Below, in pieces: positions 1 to 10,016 of a stretch of DNA of 64,000 nucleotides. How positions within the stretch are numbered: the first letter of the stretch is position 1; each line of letters starts with the position of its first letter. The stretch is from Histomonas meleagridis 2922-C6/04-290x. Lineage: Eukaryota; Protista; Parabasalia. Below the pieces are notes generated by a model. The model saw only the letters and a list, made by a program, of their open reading frames with translations. It did not search any database and was not told the DNA's origin. The stretch lies in the NCBI GenBank assembly GCA_020184695.1, contig JAANOX010000198.1, forward strand, positions 1 to 64,000. The letters are read 5' to 3'. The translations under genes and the position numbers were made by a program.

Positions 1-3000
1 ACTTTATATAAATTTCCTTTAATTCTCCATAATATTGAATTCGGATTTCCAATGGCTTCTAATGCCTTTGAAAAATTCATTATCATTTCGAAATTATATT
101 TTTCAACATTGTCAAGTATTGTTGAAATTACTTTAAGCATTTCAGATTCAAGAGGGATAAGATATTCTTCTAATTGTAAAATTTCATCCTTTGAAAATGA
201 ATATGCTAAACTCCATAAGTTACTAATCATATTTGATGGTTCATAACTAAATAACAATGATAATTGCCCAATTTGATTATCTCTTGGTGTTTTACCATGG
301 ATTTCAAATGCTTTATTAGAACAATATTTTTTACATATTTTATATATTTCTTGACTCCTTTTCATATTAGAATATGATTGTAATTCATCTATATGTTTAT
401 TGTTGAAGCTAAGAATTGTTTTTGAAGAAAGTAATAAAGAATTATTATCCTCAAAAACAAATTGTGGTTGAAAACTATTCTTTGGCTTTAGGAAATAAAA
501 GTTGTATGGCTTTTCTTCATTAATTGTTATGGAAAAGTTGATTTGTGCTTGGTGTAAATCATTAAATAATGGTAACCAATAACAAATATACTCAAATGGT
601 TTAGAAATAAATTTATTATATGGAAATATTTTTTCGATTAATTGTAATAAATTACGATTATCTCTTAATTTTGATATAAACGAATTAAAGTTTTCTAAAT
701 TTTGGTTGTTTGCCATTAAATTTATAGACCTTATTATATCAAAGATATTATTTTTAGTTAATTCATAAGGGATATATTGTGTAAAACATTGTGAATTCTC
801 TTCAGCAAATCTTATTAATAATCTAAATTTAGAAAGTGGATGTTTTATATTTGAAAGTGAAAGCAAATAATCATCTTTAAGTTGGATAGTAGAAATAATT
901 CCATTCTGATTTTCATTAAGTCTTTCAATTAATTCTTGGAATATTTTTGATATTATTTTAATCGAGTAAAACTTTCCAGAAATAAGTTTAGATTTCGTTG
1001 TTTGAACTGGATGTTTTTGAATTATTTCTAATGAATCATTAATATGATATTGAATTGTTTCTATATCATCTATTTGGCATACGGTGTGTTTACATTTACT
1101 AACAAAAGAATATAATGAAAAATCACTAAATTCTTTCTTTTCTATAAAATGATTTTGAATTTTACGAAGATCTCTTAAAATTTGTTCATTTCGACTTTTC
1201 ACATTTGAAAAGTTAATTTTTGATAATAATTCTTGTTCTGGTTCTTTAGCAAAATTATTTATCATTTGATCTTGAAATTCTTGTTTTTTATGTAAATCAA
1301 TATATGAATTCCAATATACTTTCATTGATTGACAAACAGGCTGATAAATATTTTTTGCTATATTATCTTTATAATCTTTTTGATGCTTAATGAAGTTAAG
1401 TATAGTAAATCGTAATGTTCTTCCAGTAAACTCTATATCACCTGCAAATGAATCATGATCAGTTTCACTTTCTTTTTTAGCAAGCGCATGCATAAGTGCC
1501 ATTCTTGCACCTATTTCTATAGAAAGCTTATTTGGATATGAATTCTTGATTAAAGATCCAAATAATATTTGTGCTGAATATTCTACACTAGAATCAATTG
1601 GTGGAAGTGTAAATGAAACGCATTTATTCAAGAATGATTGATCTATAGTTTTGTTTTCATTTGTTGAAGTTGGATTATATGTAACAATTAGACGAAAATC
1701 ATTATGAATTGTACCATTTCTCTTTGAATAATAATATTCTTGGCCTCGTTCATATAAATTAAGTTCTGGTTCATCACCACAAAGTGAAGATATTTTTTCT
1801 GCAATTTCAGGTGGAGCTGACTCTATACCATCAATTAAAACCATTTCTCCTTTTTTAATTGCTTTAATTATTGTTGATTCAACATGATGAAATCTATTTG
1901 CTGGTTGAATTAAATCTTTAATTGCATTTTCAGTATCTATTAAAATTTTAAGTTTGTCTTGGTCGAGTTTTGTATGATTTGACTTGAATTTTTCTATTTC
2001 TACAAGAAGATCTTTGAAATCTTTTGGTTTCCATTCATTTGAATTATTAATATTAATATCAATTTTAAGGTCTTTAAATGCTTTAACTTTAAGTTTTGCT
2101 AATGCTTCCTTTATAGAATGAAAATCTTCATTAGATATTGAATTATCAAGAATTGACTGACCTGTTAGAATAGAAATTCCTGTATCTGCATTCATTTGAA
2201 ATACATTAAGTTTTCTGCCAATCATTTTAGCAAATAATCGAATTATATGCGATTTACCTGATGCAGTATTTCCTTGTATTACACATCCACGATTTGCAAG
2301 ATAAGAACAAGCCAAAAATAATAAACAATGCTTTTCGGGAAGAGTTAGACATCCTATAATTGATTCTATTTCTTTTACATTTATTTCTTTAGGATTAATA
2401 GGCAAAACAAGTGGTTTACTATCTTGACTATCTTTTGATAAACGAATATTTAATTGTTTAGAAGGTATATCATATATAAAATCTGGATTATACTTGAACT
2501 TCATATCAATCATATTAAGTTCAGATAAAACTTTTTGTATAAATTCTTCTTGAGTAAAACGATATGCAAATAACATTTGAGATATAATATCTTCATCAAA
2601 AATACCATAAGTTACCTCCCTAAATAGAATGTATTTTGTAATATCATTTAATGCCATATTTTGATTTATATTTGAATCATTACAAATTTTATTAGTCTTG
2701 AAGTAATGTTCTAAAAATGGTAATTGTTCATTATTAAATGGTAAATGTTCAAATTGTTTTTTGACAATACTATTTACATCTTCATTGTGTGGATCAAATA
2801 CGATATGATAAATTGACGAAAACATTAATGAAGTCGGTAAAAGATCACGATTATAAAATCCATTTTGTGGGTTAAATATAGCAACAAGATTCATTTTACC
2901 TTTTTCTAATGTTGACCCATTAGGTAATAAAACATCTTTTTGACTAGAATCAAAAATACTAATCATTACTTCTAAAACAGCAGGTGATGCATTATTAATA

Positions 3001-6000
3001 TTATGAAATACAATTATTGATTTTGATTGATTGGATTTAATTGCTTTAACAAGTTTAGTTTCAATCATATTAACAAGAATATTATTATTTTTATCTCTTT
3101 CAATTGTAATTTTACCTAAAAGATCATCAACTTTTGTTGATTGAGTTATAATGATATTTACTACTTCATATCCTAAAACTTTTGCAATATAATTAATTGC
3201 TGTTTGTTTGCCTTGTCCTGGCTTACCTTCAAATATTACAGGTGTATGTGTAATTAAACCTAAGTGAAGAACATCAACCATTTCTGTAAACTTACCTGTG
3301 AATGCAATTTTTGGATTTTCTTTATATTCATTCGTTGTTTCTATAAATAATCCAGTAATATTTGATGTATATCCGTGATAACCATTTATATTATCAATTT
3401 TGAGTGGATCTTGATTAAAGTTTTGTAATGTTGTTGGTATATTAATATCTAAATCTTGAACAATATTTATAAGTTTATTTCTATTTGTTTGGCTTTCAAG
3501 TAAACCAGAGCATAAACGATACATAATTAAGCCAAGATTAAGTTTTATTTGTGTTCTTATTTCTTGTGAAATAGAAAATCGAGTTAAAACACTTAACATT
3601 TCAATTGTTTTAAGCATTTGTGGGAACTTAAATTGTTTCTTTAATTTTTTATTAACTTCATATGAAAACTTTTGAAGTAAATCAATTTCAGCATCTGAAC
3701 AGTTTAATTTCTTTATTTTGATATAATTTTGAAGAACAATTGTTCGTTCATCTGATTTATATTCAGGTATAGCTATAACAGTAAAACGAGATAAAACTGC
3801 TTCTGACAATTTCGATGGGGAATTTGCTGAACATGTTGCAATAACTCTAAAGCTTGGGAAATCTGTTAATTCTTTATTATCTTCTGGTGTAAATGTATTA
3901 TGTATATCTTCATTTAATGTTAAACTATGTTTACCTGAAAATAATTCATTAAATCTCTCTAAAACTATTGTTGGAAGATTTGATAAATTCTTTAAAATTA
4001 ATGATTTCCTTTCAAGTATTGCAGATAAAAATAATCCTGGCCTAAATTCAAGAATAATATTTGATATAACGCAATTATTTTTGCTTTCATCTTCAAATAG
4101 TTTTTCTACGAAATGTTCGACTGCATGAGAAAATGATTCGGGAATTCTATTTCTTCTTTCTTTGGTTCTATTTACTAATTCTTCTTTTGTAAGTGTTTTA
4201 TTTTTTAATTTTTCAAGTAGTTCTATATAATCATTAAAACCACAAATTTTACATATATAATCGAGATAAAATATTTTTGCTTCTGAAACTGTAAAGAAAC
4301 TTGATGAGCCTAATAATTGTGAAACTGTTGATTCTTGATTTAATGTGATAACTTTTGCATTTCTTTGGAATTTTTGAGCTAAAAATGTCTTAAATCCTGA
4401 ATTACCCATTAATAAAATTGGTTCTGATGAATCAGCTAATAATAATTGAAATGCACTATTTAAAAAAGAGTGAAGCTTTGGAGAAATTTCATCATTTATT
4501 TGAAATGGAAACATGTTAATAGAAATTCCGATATTTCCTTTCATTATATATGATTTATCAATTACTGGGTTTGCTAAATAACAATTCTTTAATTCTTCTT
4601 CTTTATCTTCTTCAAGTTTAAATACTTTAACAATTAATTTAACAACTTTATTAAGAATTTCACTAATATCATTTTCATTAACAGATGATAATGTATAAAA
4701 AAGTACTTGGTGATAAAATTTAATCCCAAGATAATTTAAAGAGTTCAAATCTTGATGATGCATCCGAATAAATAATTTTGTAATATCTCTAAGTGACCAT
4801 TGTGGAAGAATTCTATTTTCTAATTTATTTAATTCGATCATATATTTACCAATTTGTTCAGCATTTGTCTCATTAATAATTGTCATTTGTACACCACCTT
4901 TATAACAATTCTTAGCTATATCAACACATATTTTTGAAATATCTTCTTCTGTTTGTTCCGGATAATTAAAATATCTAAATCTTGATGAAATTGAATCAGG
5001 AATTGCATTACGTCCAATTGTACCAAGTTCATTTTGACATGCTATGAAAAAGAAATTATCATTAACATGAATCGATTCTCCAACACCAGGAATAAATATT
5101 GTTCCACCTAAACATGGTTCTAATGCAGGTGCTAAAGTTTTCATACAACTTGCTGTTGATAAATTCATTTCATCTGCAATAAAAGTTAACCCATCTTTCA
5201 TTGAATTTGTTAAAGTTCCATTATGAAAATAAACTTTCCCGTTTTTGATTGTAGGTGTTCCATAAAAATGATTAGGCTTTGTTCCAGAATGAAATGAATG
5301 CATTTGAAAATGAACACTAACATTTTCATTAACTGGACGAATTGATGCAAATGCTCTAGCTGCAGATGTTTTTCCAGCACCTGTTGGACCATAAACACAG
5401 ATTGGTAATCCTATGATTGATGCAGCATATATTTTAGCCATGAACTCACAAAGAGGTGGTGAATCTTTATAAAAGAATTGATTATCATATGTTTCAGATA
5501 TGTAATATGAATCTCTATTTAATAAATTTAGTAAATTATTTTGAATTATTTTATTTGGTTTAAAGTTTTCATTTGATTTTAACATATTAATTGCAAATTC
5601 GACAATATCTTGTGATTGAACATTATTTGGTAATATGTTGGAATATTTTACGATAGCTTTACAAAAGAATGCAAGCCAATACATTGACATTGGAGATTTT
5701 GTATAGCCATTGTATACTTGATCAATTATTTCATTATTTATTTCAAATTGATTTTGATCATTTTCGTCTTGATCATAATTCATATATTCATTTGTTTCAT
5801 TTGAAGCATTTTCTTCTTCTTCTTCCTCTTTATCAAAAAAGGTTTCTTCTTGATAAAAATCATCTTGATTATTTTCATCATTTTCATTATTTTCATCATG
5901 AAAAATATCATTTTCATCATCATTTTCTTCAATATGAACATAATTTTCTTGTTCATTTGTATCTTTTTTGATTTTTTGGAGTTTATTATACCTTATCATT

Positions 6001-8684
6001 AAAATTTTAATTAATTCTTTGATATCTTCTTCTTTTAATTCATTTAATTGATTTTCAAGTACTATTACATCAAATCTATTTAAGAATGCAGGCGAAATTA
6101 AATGTATTTTATCAATATTGCAAGTGCATAAAAGTCTGAAATTTTTATCAATTGGAATTTGACTTTGTTGAGGATTTTCAGGAATATCAAACATTTTTTG
6201 TTCGCCATCATATTTTTGATCAAGAAGACTATTTAATCTTTCTGTAACAGTTGCTGGTGCTTCATCAATTGAATCAAGTACTGCACATTTACCATCTTGA
6301 ATTGCTTTTGTAAGGAATCCTGGTTTCCATTGAATTAATTCTTGATCAGTATCTGTATTTGGCTTTTGTTTTCCGATTAAATCGGAACACTTTGTTTCTT
6401 CTGTACAAATACAAAAGAATTCTTCTTCTTTGTTCTGATTTTTATGTTTCTTATCATACCATTCTGAAACCCATTTTGCTAATTGAGTTTTACCGCAACC
6501 TTTTAGGCCAGTAAGAATTACATGGCGATTATTATTAAATGAAAATATAATTGATTTTAATTCTATTGATAATGATTCATTATGAAAACATTCAGGAAAA
6601 TCATTTGGATAAATAAATTCATTATTTTGCTTTTGATTTAATAAAGGATAATTTCGAAGTGTCTCTTTAAGTTTTTCTCGAAGTTGTTTCTTATATCTAG
6701 CACCATAAATTGTCATAATGGTGTCATATATATCTGCACCATCTGCAAGAGCTCTAACAGTTGCTGCAATTTCTCTAACTGTAAAACAGAAAATATCTTC
6801 TGCAATTTCTGGTTTTTGAGACCATTCCATATGGAATTTAACAAGTTGCAAAATAACATCATTATTATTGTAGCCAAATCTTTGTGCTAATCCTTGGCCA
6901 ATTTTTAAAAGTTCTACTTCAGTAAATTGTGGGAAATTAATTATTTGGAATCTTGACAAAAACTTAATACCTAAATCTTGTCTTTTGTTAGCAAATAATC
7001 CTTTATTTGGATTTTGTGTTGCTATAAGTCTAAATTCAGGATGCATTTTAATTGCTTTTAATGGCATTCCAGGAATTTCTACACTAATTACACCACTATC
7101 AAGTGCTTCTTCAATACATTGTAATACTGAAGGTGAAGCTAAATTAATTTCATCTAATAATAAACATTTTCCTTGAGAAAATGCTTGTAAAAATGGTCCT
7201 GGCTTAACTATAATACCTGCCCATGAATTGGTTTCACCTACATATCTACCTAATAAATCACAAGTCTTTGTTTCTGAGCTTAAATTAAATCGTATTAATT
7301 CCTTCTCCATTAATTTACATACAACTTCAGCACTAAGTGTTTTAGATGTACCTGTTGGACCTTCAAGTAAAACTGGAATTCCTACTGATAAACAATCATA
7401 AAGTTTTGATAATCTTTCATTAGCACCTTCAGTAAAAATGAAATTCCTTTTTATAAGTTCTCCTTCATCAAAATTAAGTTGAGTTGAAACATTTGCTTTT
7501 TCTTTGATTTTTGCAACAATTTGATTGAAATCAATGTTTTCATTATCATTAAAGTAATTATCATTATGCAAACTTATGATTTCTTCTTTTTTCTCAACTA
7601 TAGTTTCTGCTGGTAAAATTTGCGCTTTATCACTTTCTGATTCAGAATTTTCATCTGAGTCACTTACAGGTTCTAGTAAATACGACTTTGCTGCTTCACT
7701 TCCTTCTTGCGCTGCTTTTTGGATATATTTCATTCCTTCTACCTCACTTTTTGGTGTTGGATTTTCTTCATAACGCTTAATCCCATATAGAAATGTATCA
7801 TCCGCATTTGTAAATTCATTTTTTTCTTCTAATTTTTCAGAAATCATTAATTTGTATTCAGTAAATGTTGGAATAATTGAATCTTCAGATGTATCATCAA
7901 GCTCTGAAAAGATTTTAATGATCTCTGCAAAAGATGGACGTTTTTCTGGTGCTGTATCCAAACATTGAATTATCAGAGGACGTATTTCATCTTGTAAAGA
8001 TGATGGAATAAATGGTTTTGTATTATTCACAATAGCTTTATATAAATCTTCATTTTTTAGTCCGTTAGGAGAGAAAACGTCATAATTTGAGGTATAAAGT
8101 TGTAACATTAAGATACCAAATGAATATACATCAGACTTTTGAGTAAATGCCTTCTGATTAAGTACTTCTGGTGCCATATAAATAATCGTATTGGTGTTAT
8201 CATTTTGAAAATCAATAGGATAGATTTTATAGAACATAAAATCTGAAATAATTGGCCTGAAGTCCTCAGTAATAAATATGTTAAACGAAGTTAATCTTCC
8301 ATGAATAATATTATTTTGATGCAAGGAATTCATAAAAGAAGCAATATCCTTCAGTATCATGAAATTAGGAGACCATGTTTCTTGAACATCTGCATCCTGT
8401 AAAGTTCTCAAGAAAATATATAAGGATCTATTCTCATAATATGGTAAAATGAATCCACCTGGATTTAATGCATTTGGCTCTATAAAATGAAGAACCTCTA
8501 TCTTATTCTCGTGATTGAATTCGAGATATTTTTTATGAATTTCTTTGAATAATCCTTGTGGAATCTTTTTAATAATATAGATATCATTATTTTTTTGGTC
8601 TTTGCGCTTTGCCTTTATTGCATGTCCACTGCCTAGAATACTTATTTCTTCGAAATCATCTAGACAGGTCGATTTTTCGAACAT
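1..8684 (-). CDS. Giant midasin/Rea1-like six-AAA ATPase with N-terminal pseudokinase and Sel1-like repeat; 3' end truncated by window edge
   Basis: ATG at 8684 is preceded by a TCATT Inr-like motif. Spot checks at 7376, 5399 and 59 are all in the same frame. Six Walker-A-like motifs: GPTGTSKT (~7350), GLKGCGKT (~6500), GPTGAGKT (~5380), GNSGFKT (~4400), GKPGQGKQ (~3220), GNTASGKS (~2270). Also LLLDEINLA and RLIATQNP (AAA_5 type). The N-terminus has kinase motifs YMAPE and SDVYSFG. Not every codon was checked. Confidence 0.88.
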   Translation of the reverse strand, partial: MFEKSTCLDDFEEISILGSGHAIKAKRKDQKNNDIYIIKKIPQGLFKEIHKKYLEFNHENKIEVLHFIEPNALNPGGFILPYYENRSLYIFLRTLQDADVQETWSPNFMILKDIASFMNSLHQNNIIHGRLTSFNIFITEDFRPIISDFMFYKIYPIDFQNDNTNTIIYMAPEVLNQKAFTQKSDVYSFGILMLQLYTSNYDVFSPNGLKNEDLYKAIVNNTKPFIPSSLQDEIRPLIIQCLDTAPEKRPSFAEIIKIFSELDDTSEDSIIPTFTEYKLMISEKLEEKNEFTNADDTFLYGIKRYEENPTPKSEVEGMKYIQKAAQEGSEAAKSYLLEPVSDSDENSESESDKAQILPAETIVEKKEEIISLHNDNYFNDNENIDFNQIVAKIKEKANVSTQLNFDEGELIKRNFIFTEGANERLSKLYDCLSVGIPVLLEGPTGTSKTLSAEVVCKLMEKELIRFNLSSETKTCDLLGRYVGETNSWAGIIVKPGPFLQAFSQGKCLLLDEINLASPSVLQCIEEALDSGVISVEIPGMPLKAIKMHPEFRLIATQNPNKGLFANKRQDLGIKFLSRFQIINFPQFTEVELLKIGQGLAQRFGYNNNDVILQLVKFHMEWSQKPEIAEDIFCFTVREIAATVRALADGADIYDTIMTIYGARYKKQLREKLKETLRNYPLLNQKQNNEFIYPNDFPECFHNESLSIELKSIIFSFNNNRHVILTGLKGCGKTQLAKWVSEWYDKKHKNQNKEEEFFCICTEETKCSDLIGKQKPNTDTDQELIQWKPGFLTKAIQDGKCAVLDSIDEAPATVTERLNSLLDQKYDGEQKMFDIPENPQQSQIPIDKNFRLLCTCNIDKIHLISPAFLNRFDVIVLENQLNELKEEDIKELIKILMIRYNKLQKIKKDTNEQENYVHIEENDDENDIFHDENNENDENNQDDFYQEETFFDKEEEEEENASNETNEYMNYDQDENDQNQFEINNEIIDQVYNGYTKSPMSMYWLAFFCKAIVKYSNILPNNVQSQDIVEFAINMLKSNENFKPNKIIQNNLLNLLNRDSYYISETYDNQFFYKDSPPLCEFMAKIYAASIIGLPICVYGPTGAGKTSAARAFASIRPVNENVSVHFQMHSFHSGTKPNHFYGTPTIKNGKVYFHNGTLTNSMKDGLTFIADEMNLSTASCMKTLAPALEPCLGGTIFIPGVGESIHVNDNFFFIACQNELGTIGRNAIPDSISSRFRYFNYPEQTEEDISKICVDIAKNCYKGGVQMTIINETNAEQIGKYMIELNKLENRILPQWSLRDITKLFIRMHHQDLNSLNYLGIKFYHQVLFYTLSSVNENDISEILNKVVKLIVKVFKLEEDKEEELKNCYLANPVIDKSYIMKGNIGISINMFPFQINDEISPKLHSFLNSAFQLLLADSSEPILLMGNSGFKTFLAQKFQRNAKVITLNQESTVSQLLGSSSFFTVSEAKIFYLDYICKICGFNDYIELLEKLKNKTLTKEELVNRTKERRNRIPESFSHAVEHFVEKLFEDESKNNCVISNIILEFRPGLFLSAILERKSLILKNLSNLPTIVLERFNELFSGKHSLTLNEDIHNTFTPEDNKELTDFPSFRVIATCSANSPSKLSEAVLSRFTVIAIPEYKSDERTIVLQNYIKIKKLNCSDAEIDLLQKFSYEVNKKLKKQFKFPQMLKTIEMLSVLTRFSISQEIRTQIKLNLGLIMYRLCSGLLESQTNRNKLINIVQDLDINIPTTLQNFNQDPLKIDNINGYHGYTSNITGLFIETTNEYKENPKIAFTGKFTEMVDVLHLGLITHTPVIFEGKPGQGKQTAINYIAKVLGYEVVNIIITQSTKVDDLLGKITIERDKNNNILVNMIETKLVKAIKSNQSKSIIVFHNINNASPAVLEVMISIFDSSQKDVLLPNGSTLEKGKMNLVAIFNPQNGFYNRDLLPTSLMFSSIYHIVFDPHNEDVNSIVKKQFEHLPFNNEQLPFLEHYFKTNKICNDSNINQNMALNDITKYILFREVTYGIFDEDIISQMLFAYRFTQEEFIQKVLSELNMIDMKFKYNPDFIYDIPSKQLNIRLSKDSQDSKPLVLPINPKEINVKEIESIIGCLTLPEKHCLLFLACSYLANRGCVIQGNTASGKSHIIRLFAKMIGRKLNVFQMNADTGISILTGQSILDNSISNEDFHSIKEALAKLKVKAFKDLKIDININNSNEWKPKDFKDLLVEIEKFKSNHTKLDQDKLKILIDTENAIKDLIQPANRFHHVESTIIKAIKKGEMVLIDGIESAPPEIAEKISSLCGDEPELNLYERGQEYYYSKRNGTIHNDFRLIVTYNPTSTNENKTIDQSFLNKCVSFTLPPIDSSVEYSAQILFGSLIKNSYPNKLSIEIGARMALMHALAKKESETDHDSFAGDIEFTGRTLRFTILNFIKHQKDYKDNIAKNIYQPVCQSMKVYWNSYIDLHKKQEFQDQMINNFAKEPEQELLSKINFSNVKSRNEQILRDLRKIQNHFIEKKEFSDFSLYSFVSKCKHTVCQIDDIETIQYHINDSLEIIQKHPVQTTKSKLISGKFYSIKIISKIFQELIERLNENQNGIISTIQLKDDYLLSLSNIKHPLSKFRLLIRFAEENSQCFTQYIPYELTKNNIFDIIRSINLMANNQNLENFNSFISKLRDNRNLLQLIEKIFPYNKFISKPFEYICYWLPLFNDLHQAQINFSITINEEKPYNFYFLKPKNSFQPQFVFEDNNSLLLSSKTILSFNNKHIDELQSYSNMKRSQEIYKICKKYCSNKAFEIHGKTPRDNQIGQLSLLFSYEPSNMISNLWSLAYSFSKDEILQLEEYLIPLESEMLKVISTILDNVEKYNFEMIMNFSKALEAIGNPNSILWRIKGNLYK

Positions 8685-8880
8685 CAAGAAAAAATGAAAA
8701 AGTATGGTATTTTTGGCAAAAATTAATTTCTTACAATTTATTTCTATCGAATTGAGTTGGGGAATCTGACCAGATATGCATTGAAAACACAAATAAAAAC
8801 AAGCAGCCCAAATTGAGTATTGACAAAATAAAATTCATTGAAAATAATTTGGCAAATGAATTGAACTAAATTGTCTTCTA

Positions 8881-9882
8881 ATGAATTTGACTCTTCTGCA
8901 TCTATTTGCCTCAAATCTTATATCAAACTCTCCATTAATATCGCGGTCTAACAATGTTTTAAGAAACAAAGAATACATTTTAAATTGCAAATTTTCAAAA
9001 TTGTTTAATTCAGCAATTTTTTCACATTCCAATTCAAAAATTACTGTTAAAAATTCAGAGTTTAAGTCAATTATATCGTCAGCAATCCATGTTTCAGGTA
9101 ACTTGCAAGTTGGTCATCGGCAATTTAATTTTGCAAAACTCAAAATATCTTATACAAAATTTGAGCGTGGAATTGCTAAATATGGAGGTGCTATTGAAGC
9201 TCAGCATTCATATCTTGATATCGATCACTCTACTTTTTATTTCAATACTGCAACATATTCAGGTGCTTTACATGCATCCAATTGCATGACAGCCTCTTTT
9301 GAACATAACTGTTTTTATGAAAACAATGCTGATTATTGTGGTGCCATGTCTATAGATGTTTTTTCAAATGATACATACAAGCCCTCTATAGTTAATTTTG
9401 AGCATAATAACTTTACTAAAAATCGTGCATTGTTTTGGACCGGAGCCCTTAGAATCAACACGGCCAGTGGTAAGAGTTCTTTTTGCTATTTTAATTCTAA
9501 TACCGCATCATCTATCGGAGCGGTTTTTGACTTCACTCATTCACCTCACAACCGCACAACAGAATATTGTTATTTTCGAAATAATACATCTGTTGATCGT
9601 GGTGGTGCTATATGTGCATATCATTTTATGCATGTTTCATCATATTCTAATTGTTTATTTGAGCTAAATCGGTGTCAAAAAAATGGAAATTCGATTCATA
9701 TTAACTCAATTGATACACATATTGAAGTTGATAAATCAATGTTTGATGGTAAAAAAGAGAAAGAACTAACAATGTCTTTTGAATATTCCACATACAAAAT
9801 TACAGATACATTATTCGAACAGAAAGAAATAGATACTGCTAAACTTAAGAAGAAAATCATCCAACAAGTTAAATGTTATTAA
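8881..9882 (+). CDS. Pmp-like / pectin-lyase-fold beta-helix protein
   Basis: Repeated FxxN...GGA(I) motifs: YGGAI, FYFNTATYSGAL, FYENNADYCGAM, FRNNTSVDRGGAI. Confidence 0.75.
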   Translation: MNLTLLHLFASNLISNSPLISRSNNVLRNKEYILNCKFSKLFNSAIFSHSNSKITVKNSEFKSIISSAIHVSGNLQVGHRQFNFAKLKISYTKFERGIAKYGGAIEAQHSYLDIDHSTFYFNTATYSGALHASNCMTASFEHNCFYENNADYCGAMSIDVFSNDTYKPSIVNFEHNNFTKNRALFWTGALRINTASGKSSFCYFNSNTASSIGAVFDFTHSPHNRTTEYCYFRNNTSVDRGGAICAYHFMHVSSYSNCLFELNRCQKNGNSIHINSIDTHIEVDKSMFDGKKEKELTMSFEYSTYKITDTLFEQKEIDTAKLKKKIIQQVKCY

Positions 9883-10016
9883 ATTTTGTTTTTTTTAATA
9901 AAAATAAAATTATATTTCCTGTGAAAATATAAAAAAAAATTATAGAGAAATGTGAATTTTTTCTGAATAATTAATTTTTTTATAATGTGTAATTACTCAC
10001 TTTATTCGAAATATTT

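Noticed and set aside
52-7773. Short plus-strand and alternative-frame ORFs overlapping the giant gene (and similar antisense ORFs over RPS7, galE and the CoA-transferase)
   Set aside because: They are shadows of real coding sequence and have no independent motifs.
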